Assembly: GCA_030390025.1 (NCBI GenBank)
Contig: JASTWF010000244.1
Span: forward strand, 62,001-126,000
DNA from: Squalus acanthias
Lineage: Eukaryota
Reading direction: 5' to 3'
DNA: 64,000 nt
In this document: piece after piece, positions 12,500 through 23,797 of the stretch
Numbering within the stretch: position 1 is the first letter of the stretch
Layout: each line of letters begins with the position of its first letter
Made by a program: the position numbers and the translations under genes
The notes under the pieces: model-generated
What the model saw: only the letters and a program-made list of their open reading frames with translations
What the model was told of the DNA's origin: nothing
Databases searched by the model: none

Positions 12500-13680
12500 G
12501 TAAGTAACCAAGTTCTGACCAGAGTATGACTATTACTATTTTTTTCTGAACATTTCTTATAAAAACATAACTTGCTGTGGCAGGGCATCGAACGGCATCT
12601 GCTGTTAGTTAGATTTGCCCTTGTATGATTTAGGTTTTAAAATTTTTGGCGTGGCAAGTTGCTGGAAGTGCGAGCTGATAACATCACAGCGAGGGAAACC
12701 AGGGCCTGAATTTTCCCAGTCCCGAGTGTGCGGGTTTGGGGGTGGGTCAGCAGTAAAAATCGCCGAAAAAAATAATTTTTAAAATTATTTAAACATGAAA
12801 AAACTTTAAAATTAGTTATAGGTTATTTTTAGCCCGTTAAAACGTTTACATTTATTTTTCAAAAAATTAAATTGTTTTAGTTGTTTAATTTAATTGTATT
12901 TTAATTAATTTTGAACATGTAATGATTTTATTTTTATTTACCTGGTGTGTAATTGTGTTTTTTAGGGGATTCCGTACGTAAATGGAATCCCCACAGGATA
13001 ATGGGTCCCCCTGTTTGATTGGTTGGCCTGGCCTACGTGATCCCAGGGACACTTGCGAACCGCATGCGCCCTGGGATACGTGGGCCTTTACGAATGTATG
13101 AATGGGGATCACTCAAAAAACACACTAAAACATTAAATACATTTTTTTTTAAATCACGTTTTTAAATGAGTTAAAAATATTTTAAACAAAAATTTAATTT
13201 ATTGAATTTTTTTTTACTGGGCTAAAAATAAACTTTTTTAAAAAGTATTTTTAAATTATAAATGAGTGATTTTTTTTTTACTTTTTTAAACTCTTTTGCT
13301 GGTAAAAGCAGGTCTTACGCCTGCTTTTACCAGGCGTAAGATTTTTAAAGGTTTTCAGCGGGCGGAGGTTCTGCAGAAAGCGGAACTCTCCACCCACAGA
13401 GGCCCTTCTCCAGGGCAGGCGGATGATCTGTCAAGAGAATTCTTGACAGATCGGAAGTGCCGGTTTTCAGTGCATGCACTTCAAATGCCTGAAACCGGCA
13501 CTTGCGAGGCCCCTACAGGTGTGTACACAGCTCGAACACAGCCATAGGGATCGGAAAATACGGGCCATTATCATGTCTTGTATATACACTTTTACCTGTA
13601 ATCCTAGCAAGAAAATAAAGCAGAGTAAACAAATGAGAACATTTCGATTGTCAAGTTTTATTGACTTTTGTTTTGATTAG

Positions 13681-14121
13681 CTACTCCAAAAATTACTGAA
13701 TTCAACATTCCTCTCGACATTCGCCATTTTGAGGTAGCTGTCATCCGTTGCCAAATTACCGGATTGAGACCACAGGGGATTAGACTTGCTTTATTCTTAA
13801 AGAGGAAGGGGGATGAAAACCAAAAGAAGATTTTTTGCTGGAATAGTATGGACCAGATTGCAAAGAACCAAATAAAAACAAAGCACCACGGAAAACGAGA
13901 TGAAGTGCAGCTTCCTATGAATGAGTATGAACAAGATGCATTCTTTAAGTCCTTGGAACCAGAATATGAAACTAACAGTGACGGAACTTCCAATTTAAAG
14001 TGCGATATCAAAACGTATCCTGATTTATACAGCGATGATGGGGCTCAATTAACTATTGAAGTTCAACATATAACTCTTGCGTCACCTGTTATGAAAACTG
14101 TAACACTGGATGTTAAAGGAG
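13681..14121 (+). CDS. Atypical Ig C1-like exon C, copy 2
   Basis: GATTAG acceptor ending 13680, GTAAAT donor; open frame. Confidence 0.85.
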
Positions 14122-14374
14122 GTAAATTATGAACATTTGCACTTAATCATTAATGTTTATGCTATGTGATTCTGTTCTTTTTTGTTAACTTGTGTATTTG
14201 TGCGTATGAAGTGACATTCATGTGGTTAATAGTGGTAATGCAGTTCTGCCATCTGTAGACTCTAAATCATAGAAAATTCAGACAGCAAAATAATATTTTC
14301 TTGCTCTTATTAACTCGTAAAAATTCTTTCAGTTTAAATAAGCGATTTCTTTGTTTTGTTTTTCTTTCCCAAAG

Positions 14375-14755
14375 TGCCACCAAAGATTTCAAATATTGTG
14401 GTGCCACCTCACACCAATCATAATGAGTCTGTGGCCTTGGCTTGTCCAATCAATGGATTTAAACCAAGACCATTAAGTATCAAATGGCAACAAATCGGAA
14501 AGAATAATGATTTGAAAGAAATCGTTGCGCTGGATAAGGACAGCAGAACAATCTATCCTAGTGACAAAGGGAAGAAGTCCAAGTATCACCATTCCATCAG
14601 TGAGATGGAGTGTGACGACAAAACATACAACATCACCAGTGTACTAGTTATTGTGCCAGATATACTGCAAGACCAGGACACGAAGTTCATCTGTAAGGTA
14701 CAGCATGAGTGCACCGGCAGTGAGCAACAGAGAGAAATAATTCTGAAGATTAGAG
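14375..14755 (+). CDS. Ig C1-set-like exon A, copy 3
   Basis: Same splice sites and motifs; ORF 14356-14763. Confidence 0.9.
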
Positions 14756-15214
14756 GTATGTAATATTTTTGACAATACCTTGTATAGAACAATGGATTAC
14801 ATTTTGTTTCCAGATACTGTTTCGTTGTTTTTTGTAATGCAACAAAATTGCTAATTTTGTTTGGCAAATCCTGTGAAGAGTGACATGTCCTCAGCGCTGT
14901 ATTTCTCTAATTACTCCTTGAAGACAGTGATACTTTTACAAGGGAAGTATTCAGAATGCATCCAAGAATATTCAGAACTCAAATATTTAATGGGGAAACA
15001 TATTAGCTGATTGCCCTGGAGTCACTGATTTAAATGAGCTTGTTGTGTAACTTTTTATTTTATACTTGGGTCTTATTTCAATATTTTCAGAACACAATGG
15101 ATTAAATGTTCTGGTCATTGGCTGTGGATAGGCAGAGAATCTAGTCCACAATATCTCTAATCTGCTTGTGTTAAAGCCTGCGGTAATTTTCTTTTTGTGT
15201 GTGTTTTTTTCCAG

Positions 15215-15526
15215 CCACTCCAAAACTGGACCCAATAAAGTATGAAGCAGAAAAACTAGTTGCAGAAGAGGCTGTGACTTTAAACTGTCGAATACATTCT
15301 TTTTACCCCAGTGAAATCACAGTTACATGGCTCAAAAATGGTGAGAAAATGACAGAAAAATCCAAAGTTAGTGCAGCAACTCTGGGAAAGGATGGACTCT
15401 ATTACTTGACAAGTAGTGTGAAGATTGTACCTACCAGAGCTGATGTTGAGAAGAAATACACATGTCAAGTCGAACATGAGAGCCTAACAGAGCCAGTGGA
15501 AGCTGACTGGGTACTCGGTAAACTGG
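15215..15526 (+). CDS. Ig C1-set exon B, copy 3
   Basis: TTCCAG acceptor, GTAAGT donor; ORF 15199-15534. Confidence 0.92.
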
Positions 15527-16549
15527 GTAAGTAACCAAGTTCTGACCAGAGTATGACTATTACTATTTTTTTCTGAACATTTCTTATAAAAACATAACTT
15601 GCTGTGGCAGGGCATCGAACGGCATCTGCTGTTAGTTAGATTTGCCCTTGTATGATTTAGGTTTTAAATTTTTGGCGTGGCAAGTTGCTGGAAGTGCGAG
15701 CTGATAACATCACAGCGAGGGAAACCAGGGCCTGAATTTTCCCAGTCCCGAGTGTGCGGGTTTGGGGGTGGGTCAGCAGTAAAAATCGCCGAAAAAAATA
15801 ATTTTTAAAAATTATTTAAACATGAAAAAACTTTAAAATTAGTTATAGGTTATTTTTAGCCCGTTAAAACGTTTACATTTATTTTTCAAAAAATTAAATT
15901 GTTTTAGTTGTTTAATTTAATTGTATTTTAATTAATTTTGAACATGTAATGATTTTATTTTTATTTACCTGGTGTGTAATTGTGTTTTTTAGGGGATTCC
16001 GTACGTAAATGGAAGCCCCACAGGATAATGGGGGGCCCCTGTTTGATTGGTTGGCCTGGCCTACGTGATCCCAGGGACACTTGCGAACCGCATGCGCCCT
16101 GGGATACGTGGGCCTTTACGAATGTATGAATGGGGATCACTCAAAAAACACACTAAAACATTAAATAAATTTTTTTTTTAAATCACGTTTTTAAAATGAG
16201 TTAAAATTACATTAAATTAAATATTTTAAACAAAAGTTAAATTTTTTGAAACAAAAAGTTCTTTACTGGGCTAAAAATAAACACCTTTTTTAAAAGTATT
16301 TTAAAATTATAAATGAGTGAAATTTTTTTAACTTTTTTAAACTCTTTTGCTGGTAAAAGCAGGTCTTACGCCTGCTTTTACCAGGCGTAAGATTTTTAAA
16401 GGTTTTCCGCGGTCGGAGGTTCTGCAGAAAGCAGAGATGTTAAATCATGAACATTTGACTTAATCATTAATGTTTATGCTATGTGATTCTGTTCTTTTTT
16501 GTTAACTTGTGTATTTGTGCGTATAAAGTGACATTCATGTGGTTAATAG

Positions 16550-16823
16550 TGCACTATGTGGGAAATCAGTGACACTTCCTGTGTCCCTGATGACCATGTG
16601 TGCGGGAAGTGTATCCAGCTGCAGCGACTGGCGCTGGAGCTGCGAATGGATGTATACTGGAGCATTTGCGATGCTGAGGACGTCGTGGATAGCACGTTTA
16701 ATGAGTTGGTCACACCGCAGGTAAAGGCTGCACAGGCAGGAAGGGAATGGGTGACCGCCAGGCAGAGTAGTAGTCGCAGATAGGTAGTGCAAGGGTCCCC
16801 TGTGGCCATCCCCCTCTCAAACA
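16550..16823 (+). mobile_element. CR1-A family ORF1 fragment (5'-truncated start)
   Basis: MWEISDTSCVPDDHVCGKC matches CR1-A ORF1 at 60446-60733. Confidence 0.9.
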
Positions 16824-16830
16824 TTTAATT

Positions 16831-16965
16831 ATGATGTGGAGATGCCGGTGTTGGACTGGGGTGGACAAATGTGAGAAGTCGCACAACACCAGGTTATAGT
16901 CCAACAGTTTTATTTGAAATCACAAGCTTTCGGAGCGATGCTCCTTCGTCAGGTGAAGTGAAGAG
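16831..16965 (-). mobile_element. Penelope-like element terminal fragment (family 1)
   Basis: Near-identical to 44838-44962; contains a minimal hammerhead core on the minus strand. Confidence 0.7.
16920..16956 (-). ncRNA. Minimal hammerhead ribozyme motif (Penelope-type)
   Basis: Minus strand: UCAC-CUGACGA-A-GGAGC-AUC-GCUCC-GAAA-GCU-U-GUGA; conserved core, 5-bp stem II, palindromic stem III, stem I UCAC/GUGA. Confidence 0.75.
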
Positions 16966-17074
16966 ATACATATAGGCACAGCATAGAAAGTCAGAGAACA
17001 CAGCCAGATGATTACAGTTAATCTTTCCAACTGCCCTTTATCACACCTCGGCAGAGAGATAATCACGGCAATCA

Positions 17075-17430
17075 AACTCACCTCTCCACACTCGCACCCA
17101 TCATTTACCTCCACAGCACACTTTTGCACCCCGCAGACCCCCGCAGACCCACTACACGCCCCGGTGACCCTGGCGGGGTTCGGAGCCTTCGGTAAGCCCG
17201 CACTTGTGTGGGCAAAATGCGGATAATCCTCTTATCTGCCTGTTAACAGGCAGTTAAGTGCCTGTAATCCCTTCCCGCCTCCAAGGAGACGGGACCCGGC
17301 ACGGGATGGCTACCCGCCTCCTGGCAAGATGGCACGGAGGCGGGTTGGGCACGCGCCCCCAAATTCTGCTATTTTCCCGGCAGTCCCGCCTCCATACCCG
17401 CCTCCTCAGGGCTGGCAAGATTGTGCCCCT
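17075..17430 (-). mobile_element. Partial Harbinger-type MITE (same family as 19721-20503, opposite orientation; duplicated at 21391-21743)
   Basis: Reverse complement matches 19721-20060; ends ...CAAGATTGTGCCCC. Confidence 0.7.
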
Positions 17431-18200
17431 TGTCTTAATTTTACGCAGCATTTCCCAGCTCTGCTGTTCTGTTAATTTAACCCCTTGATAGTTATATTTC
17501 AACTAATAGCCTCATTTTAAGGTATATTACACCAATAGCCTTGCCAAGAGGCAGTTGGAAATAAAGCAAAATATATAATTAACCTTATCTGTAAAGTTGT
17601 CCTCATTCTAACACTTTTCACCACAGGAGAAACACCCTGATGGCTTTGTTTCCTTCCAGTGTTTTTCTGTTACTCAGAGGCATTGAAATGATGTGGAAAT
17701 TTGGCAGAGTATTCTATTAGCACCCCCTGGCCTATTCTTACTACAACTGCCAGTGCCTAAGTTATACTTTATATTCAAGCAGTTTTTTATGATGTGATCT
17801 GAATCATGTTAGAACATAAATGGGACGTATTAAATAATTTTATACCCTGCTTTCATGAGGAAAACATAAAAGAGGGGGAAATACCACTCTAGTAACCAAG
17901 CTGTGGAATTCTGCCAGTACGACTCCAAACTAGTTGTCAAAGGCAGATTTAATTCAGCAAGAGAGGTCTACTGGCAGTTAATATTTTCAGAGGACCAAGT
18001 CTTCATTATTCTAAGATTCTCCAATGAGGAGGCAAGCTGAAAATTAATGACTTTTCCCTTTGGAAAAAGTGACATTTTGTTCAACTGAATACATGTGTTT
18101 TCTTTCAATATTGGCCAACAGTATTATCGCTGCTGTTTCTGCTCGTTTACACTATGGGGTTTACCCTACTTACAGTGTTATTTACTTTGCATTAATGTAG

Positions 18201-18343
18201 AATCTAAGAAAACCTGCACAGGAGAAGAAAGCAATACTGAGGAAACAAAGCAAGTCACCGATGATAACTGCAGGCAAGGAGTCGAGTTGCAGGAAAAAAA
18301 TAATCGGGAAACTGAAGGTGGAATTAGTAGCGAAGGTATCTGA
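18201..18343 (+). CDS. Candidate acidic tail exon 1 of the Ig gene (ESKKTCTGEESNTEE...EGI*)
   Basis: TTTACTTTGCATTAATGTAG acceptor, phase 1, purine-rich E/K/T frame; paralogous to 19269 and 22503. Confidence 0.45.
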
Positions 18344-19268
18344 TCTAATGAAAAGAATTTGTTATTTAATTAACGTGAAAGAGATGCAGGAAAGGAATAC
18401 ATTAATGCAACTCTACATTGTAGACCTTAAAGGGGAAAAGATGTCTAGGGTAGGTACTTTTATTTCAAATTACTCATATTTATGTGGAAAGAAACAATAG
18501 CTTCATCACAAATTTCATTGAGTACTATATTTTTAAAAACTGACTACTTTATTTTTGACATGGGGACTGTCAAGTAGAATTTTCCATCCTGGTACGGTGC
18601 TACATTAACGTTATATATGGCCACAGCCCATGCATTCTGCAGTGGTTGCTTTGCAAACAGTGAAGGCCAAGACCTCAAAATGTCAAAATCCATCAGATCC
18701 CAGGGGAACTTGCTACAAGCCACAAAATCTGCATCCTCCATCTTTAGCATGATTACCTGAGGTTGGGCAGTTCCAAAGTAGCTCTTAGGCCTGTTTGAAG
18801 TAATGCACACCAACACATCTCCACTGTCTTGTTTTGCTTCCACACTACTCCAAAATGCTTTTCGTAATTCATGTCACTGAAGTGGCCTTGCAGGGAGGGA
18901 GATTCCATTTGGGGTGTTTGTGCTGGCAAAAAATTGGTGGTTTTATAAATGTCAAAGGAATATATGGTAAGACTGCCATTTTCTTCTATAAAAAGAGCCA
19001 ATACTTTGAACAAAACAGTACCTCCCCCTTCAACATTTCTTTAACAAAATTCTGGAAATTTTAGTTAATTCATTTTACAAATGCAGATAACCGATGGAGT
19101 CAAATAACCTGTTCAAAATTCAACTGTTCTCCGTTACCTGGTATAAATTGTTCTGAAGTGAATTAGATAGTCGTCAATGAATAATACCATCCATATCTGT
19201 GATATTTCTGTTGCCTTTCATACTGGGTTTGCACTATTTTCAATGTTCCTTCCTTTGCATAAATGCAG

Positions 19269-19423
19269 AATCAAAACAAAAGGATATGGAAGAAGCAAAA
19301 GGAGACAATGAAGCAGAAAATACCCTTCAAGCTCAGACTGAGGAAGAAGGTAGGTCTACAGTAGTAAACAAGGCTGCAGAAAACAATAAAAAACTGAATG
19401 TAGAACGGATGGTGAAAGTATAA
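19269..19423 (+). CDS. Candidate acidic tail exon 2 (ESKQKDMEEAKGDNE...); internal phase-1 donor GTAGGT at 19350
   Basis: TTCCTTTGCATAAATGCAG acceptor; either an 81-bp symmetric exon (19269-19349) or a terminal exon to TAA at 19423. Confidence 0.45.
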
Positions 19424-19720
19424 AATGGAGTGATGTGATAAAACAGAAAGGATTTTCATTGGACTTGAAAATGATGAAGGAATGGAGCACAGTGATGAAA
19501 GTCATTATTGTATGATAACAAAATGCTGAAAAGTTGAGAATAAAATACACACTGAAGATCAATCACTAGGTTAATTCTACAAAACAATATGATAAATGCA
19601 ATTGAATATTATTAGTACAAAAGCAAAATACTGCGGATACAGGAAATCTGAAATAAAAACAAAAATTGCTGGGAATACTCAGCAGGTCAGGCATCATCTG
19701 TGGAGAGAGAAAGAGTTAAC

Positions 19721-20503
19721 GGGGGGAATTTTGCCAGCCCTGGGGAGGCGGGTATGGAGGCAGGACTGCCGGGAAAATGGCAGAAACTGGGAGCGGGTAC
19801 CGAACCCGCTCCCAACCCGCCTCCGTGCCATCTTCCCGTGAGGCAGGAAGGGGATTAGACCCAATTAGCTGCCTGTTAACAGGTAGTTAACAGGCAGTTA
19901 AGAGGCTTATCCCCATTTTACCCCTGCAAGTGCGGGCTTCGCGACAGCTGCGAACCTCGCCAGGGTCAGCGAGGCGAGCAGTGGGTCTGCGGGGGTGAGA
20001 GGGATCGAAAAGTCCGCTGTGTAGGTGAGTGATGGGTGCAAGTGTGGTGAGGTGAGTGTAAAGTGTTAGAAAAAGTTTACTTACCTTTGCTTCTTCCTGC
20101 AGGCTTCAAACCTTGGGGATCCGGAGGTGCCTCATCTCAATGGCAGAGATGACAGACTGGCTTCTGCATTCTCAGTTGCAGCAGCCATCTGATTTCTGCT
20201 GAGGAAAGAGGTTTTGGTGAGTCTTTGTGCAAGGGCTCACCTTAGAACAGAGATTGTCAGTGTTTGACTGCTTCTCAAAGCTGTCAAACGCTGACAATTC
20301 ATCTGACAAAAATTCTCGACAGATGAAACGTCATACGCTGATGTCCTCTGTCACCGGCTTTCCCTTAATTGGCCGGCTAAGCCCGCAGAGCGGGTTTAAC
20401 AAGGTCAATGAAGGGAAAATAACGTGGGTTGGCCGGACGTCGTTGGGGGCGGGACTGAAACACGACAACCAGCAGTTGCGCCCCCATTGAGAAAATCCAG
20501 CCC
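19721..20503 (+). mobile_element. Harbinger-type MITE with 3-bp TSD AAC
   Basis: AAC at 19718-19720 and 20504-20506; TIRs GGGGGGAATTTT / AAAATCCAGCCC; empty site visible in the paralogous segment at 22908-22920. Confidence 0.88.
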
Positions 20504-20996
20504 AACATTTTAGGTCGATGACCTTTCGTCAGAATTGGAAAAAGTTCGAGATGCAACAGGTTTTAAGCAAGTATTGAGGCAGGGAAAGGGGAGACGGGAG
20601 GAAAGAACAAAAGGGAAGGTCTGTGATAGGGTGGAAGGCAGGAGAGATTACATGACAAAAGGGATGATAGTGCAAGGCAAAAGTAGATGGTAATGGGGCA
20701 AGTAAATAAAGTAAAGTGTAGTAATAAAAGTTACAGCAGGTAATTTATGAATTTTGTAGATCACACAAACCCCTGCACACATGATGGTGGAAATCTCCAG
20801 CTGGAAATCGGCACCAGCATAAAGATATCTTGAAATATTATTTCCCTTCAGCATTACTGAGTAATCTGCTGGGCCGCGACAGAGTGCAGTTAAGGCTCAA
20901 CCACACTGGTGTGGGAGTGGAATCAGATATAGGCTAGACCGCATAAAGATTGCAGGTTTCATTCATTCCCTGAAGGATATTAGTTAACCAGTTTAC

Positions 20997-21379
20997 GGGA
21001 ACGGTAGCGTAGTGGTAATGTCACTGGGCTAGTAATCCAGAGGCCTGGACTAATGATCCAGAGACGTGAGTTCAAATCCCACCACGGCAGCTGGGGAATT
21101 TAAATTCAGTTAATTAAATAAATCTGGAATAAAAAGCTAGTATCAGTGATGGTAACCATGAAACTATCGGATTGTCGTAAAAACCCATCTGGTTCACTAA
21201 TGTCCTTTAGGGAAGGAAATCTGCCGTCCTTACCTGGTCTGGCCTATATGTGACTTCAGACCCACAGCAATGTGGTTGACTCTTAACTGCCCTCTGAAAT
21301 GGCCTAGCAAGTCACTCAGTTGTAACTAAACGCTACGAAACAAAATAATAAGAATGAAACCGGACGGACCACCCGGCAC
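20997..21379 (+). mobile_element. tRNA-derived SINE-like element
   Basis: A-box TAGCGTAGTGG and B-box GAGTTCAAATCC; degenerate related copies at ~20870-20993 (minus) and ~44400-44640. Confidence 0.75.
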
Positions 21380-22502
21380 TTACCTCAGATACTCACCTCT
21401 CCACACTCGCACCCATCATTTACCTCCACAGCACACTTTTGCACCCCTCCGACCCCCGCAGACCCACTACACGCCTCGGTGACCCTGGAGGGGTTCGGAG
21501 CCTTCGGTAAGCCCGCACTTGTGTGGGTAAAATGGGGATAATCCTCTTATCTGCCTGTTAACTACCTGTTAATACGCAGTTAAGTGGCTGTAATCCCTTC
21601 CCGCCTCCAAGGAGACGGGAATCGGCGCGGGGTGGCTACCTGCCTCCTGGCAAGATGGCACGGAGGCGGGTTGGGCACGCGCCCCCAAATTCTGCCATTT
21701 TCCCGGCAGTCCCGCCTCCCCAGGGCTGGCAAGATTGCGCCCCTTGTCTGAATTTTAAGCAACATTTCCCAGCTCTGCTGTTCTGTTAATTTAACCCCTT
21801 GATAGTTATATTTAAACTAATAGCCTCATTTTAAGGTATATTACACCAATAGCCTTGCCAGGAGGCAGTCGGAAATAAAGCAAAATATATAATTAACCTT
21901 ATCTGTAAAGTTGTCCTCATTCTAACACTTTTCACCACAGGAGAAATACACCCTGATGGCTTTGTTTCCTTCCAGTGTTTTTCTGTTACTCAGAGGCATT
22001 GAAAAGATGTGAAATTTTGGCAGAGTATTCTATTAGCACCCCCTGGCCTATTCTTACTGCAACTGCCAGTGCCGAAATTATACTTTATATTCAAGCAGTT
22101 TTTTATGATGTGATCTGAATCATGTTAGAACATAAATGGGACGTATTAAATAATTTTATACCCTGCTTTCATGAGGAAAACATAAAAGAGGGGGAAATAC
22201 CACTCTAGTAACCAAGCTGTGGAATTCTGCCAGTACGACTCCAAACTAGTTGTCAAAGGCAGATTTAATTCAGCAAGAGAGGTCTACTGGCAGTTAATAT
22301 TTTCAGAGGACCAAGTCTTCATTATTCTAAGATTCTCCAATGAGGAGGCAAGCTTAAAATGTATGACATTTCCCCTTTGAAGAAGTGACATTTTGTTCAA
22401 CTAAATACAGGTGTTTTCTTTCAATATTGGCCAACAGTATTATCGCTGCTCTTTCTGCTCGTTTACACTATTTACAATGTTATTTACTTTGCATTAATGT
22501 AG

Positions 22503-22597
22503 AATCAAAGACAACCTGCACAGGAGGAGAAAACAATACTGAGAAAACCGATGATAACTGCAAACAAGGAGATGAGTCGCAGGAAAAAAGTAATTGA
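22503..22597 (+). CDS. Candidate acidic tail exon 3 (ESKTTCTGGENNTEK...SN*), paralog of 18201 with an earlier stop
   Basis: Same acceptor as 18201; TGA where the paralog has CGG. Confidence 0.35.
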
Positions 22598-22907
22598 GAA
22601 GCTGAAGGTGGAATTAGTAGCTAAGCTATCTGATTTAATGAAAAGAATTTGTTCTTTAATTAAAGTGAAATTGAAAATGATGAAAGATTGGAGCACAGTG
22701 ATGAAAAACGGTATTTTATGAGAACAAAATCCTGAAAAGTTGAGAATAAAATGGAAACTGAAGATAAATCACTAGGTTAATTCTACAAAAAAGTATGTTA
22801 AATGCAATTGAATATTATTAGTACAAAAGCAAAATACTGCGGTTACTGGAAATTTAAAATAAAAACAGAAAATGCTGTCAGGCAGCATCTGTGGAGAGAG
22901 AAACAGA

Positions 22908-22942
22908 GTTAACGTTTCAGGTCGATGACCTTTCATCAGAAC
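22908..22942 (-). ncRNA. Minimal hammerhead ribozyme motif (Penelope-type, family 2)
   Basis: Minus strand: GUU-CUGAUGA-A-AGGUC-AUC-GACCU-GAAA-CGU-U-AAC; lies in a terminal fragment at ~22826-22970 also seen at 19619-20560 and 56665-56750. Confidence 0.75.
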
Positions 22943-23389
22943 AAGAAAAAGTTAGAGATGTAACAGGTTAAAAGAAACTTTTTAAAATCAATCTAACAAT
23001 TGTACAGTAGTTTAATTGGCATGATATATCATTTTAAAAAGCAAAACCCATTAGATACACTCAAAATATTTAGAATAGTATTGCTAAGTAATTCAAATCT
23101 GAAGGGTATTTGTCTTCTGTGCCATATTCTGGTCAAAATTATAAATTTATTCAATTATGTGTTGCAATTAGTCCTGATGCAACTTCGACCCGACTATCTG
23201 AGCACGGTTATAAATCTGCTGATTATACATCTGTCGTATCTTTTGTTTTCAACTGTAAGACTTCAGAAAGTGTATAAAGCTGAGAGAGATAGAGACGTGG
23301 ATGAGGAAAAGAGAGGAGAGAGAGAATATCTTGCTCCAGGCTAATGCTAGCTCAATTAAAAAAAAACACCAGCTGAATGTAAGGTGCCA

Positions 23390-23797
23390 GACTTGGTTCC
23401 GTGGTAGCTCGCTTGCCTCCAAGTCAGAAGGTCATGGGCTCAAGTCGCAATCCACCACTTGAGAACATAATCTATTATGGCACTTTGTCAGAGGTCCAGT
23501 CTTTTGAATGAGACATTAAACCAGGGTCCTGTCTACCTTATTCGGTGGACATAAAAGATCCCATGACACAATTTGAAGATGATCAGGGGAGTTTCCAGAT
23601 TTATCCCCCATCAAACATCATTTAGAAAAATTGTTGTCACTTATCTCATTGCTATTTGTGGAACCTTGCTATGCACAAATTAGCTGCCTTGTTTCCTACA
23701 GTGCAACAGTGGCTAAATATCAAAAGTACGTAATTGGCTGTGAAGTTGTTTTGGATGTCCTGAGCTCATAAAAGGCACTATATAAATGCAAGTTCTT
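23390..23797 (+). mobile_element. Deu-domain SINE (SacSINE1/AmnSINE-like) with L2-type tail
   Basis: tRNA-like head, AAGATCCCATG...ATTGCTATTTGTGG...CTTGCT core and AAGGCACTATATAAATGCAAG tail. Confidence 0.75.

Larger units (their letters stand above)
8191..16549 (+). repeat. ~3.02-3.04-kb tandem repeat carrying three Ig exons per unit (about 2.7 units)
   Basis: Exon A starts 8329/11349/14375, exon B 9170/12188/15215, exon C 10643/13681; introns nearly identical between units. Confidence 0.97.
21391..22970 (+). repeat. Segmental duplicate of 17075-20560, with an internal deletion and lacking the MITE
   Basis: Colinear with 17075-~18380, then jumps to match ~19464-19720 and 20504-20560. Confidence 0.9.

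Noticed and set aside
8329-15526. Ig heavy chain (IgW/IgNAR/IgM), TCR or MHC constant region
   Set aside because: Domains A and C are far longer than CH domains; no V/J segments, RSS, secretory tailpiece, TM exon or MHC peptide-binding exons were recognised, so no gene symbol was assigned.
20997-21090. tRNA gene
   Set aside because: A/B boxes run into a repeat body with other copies in the window; no convincing cloverleaf.
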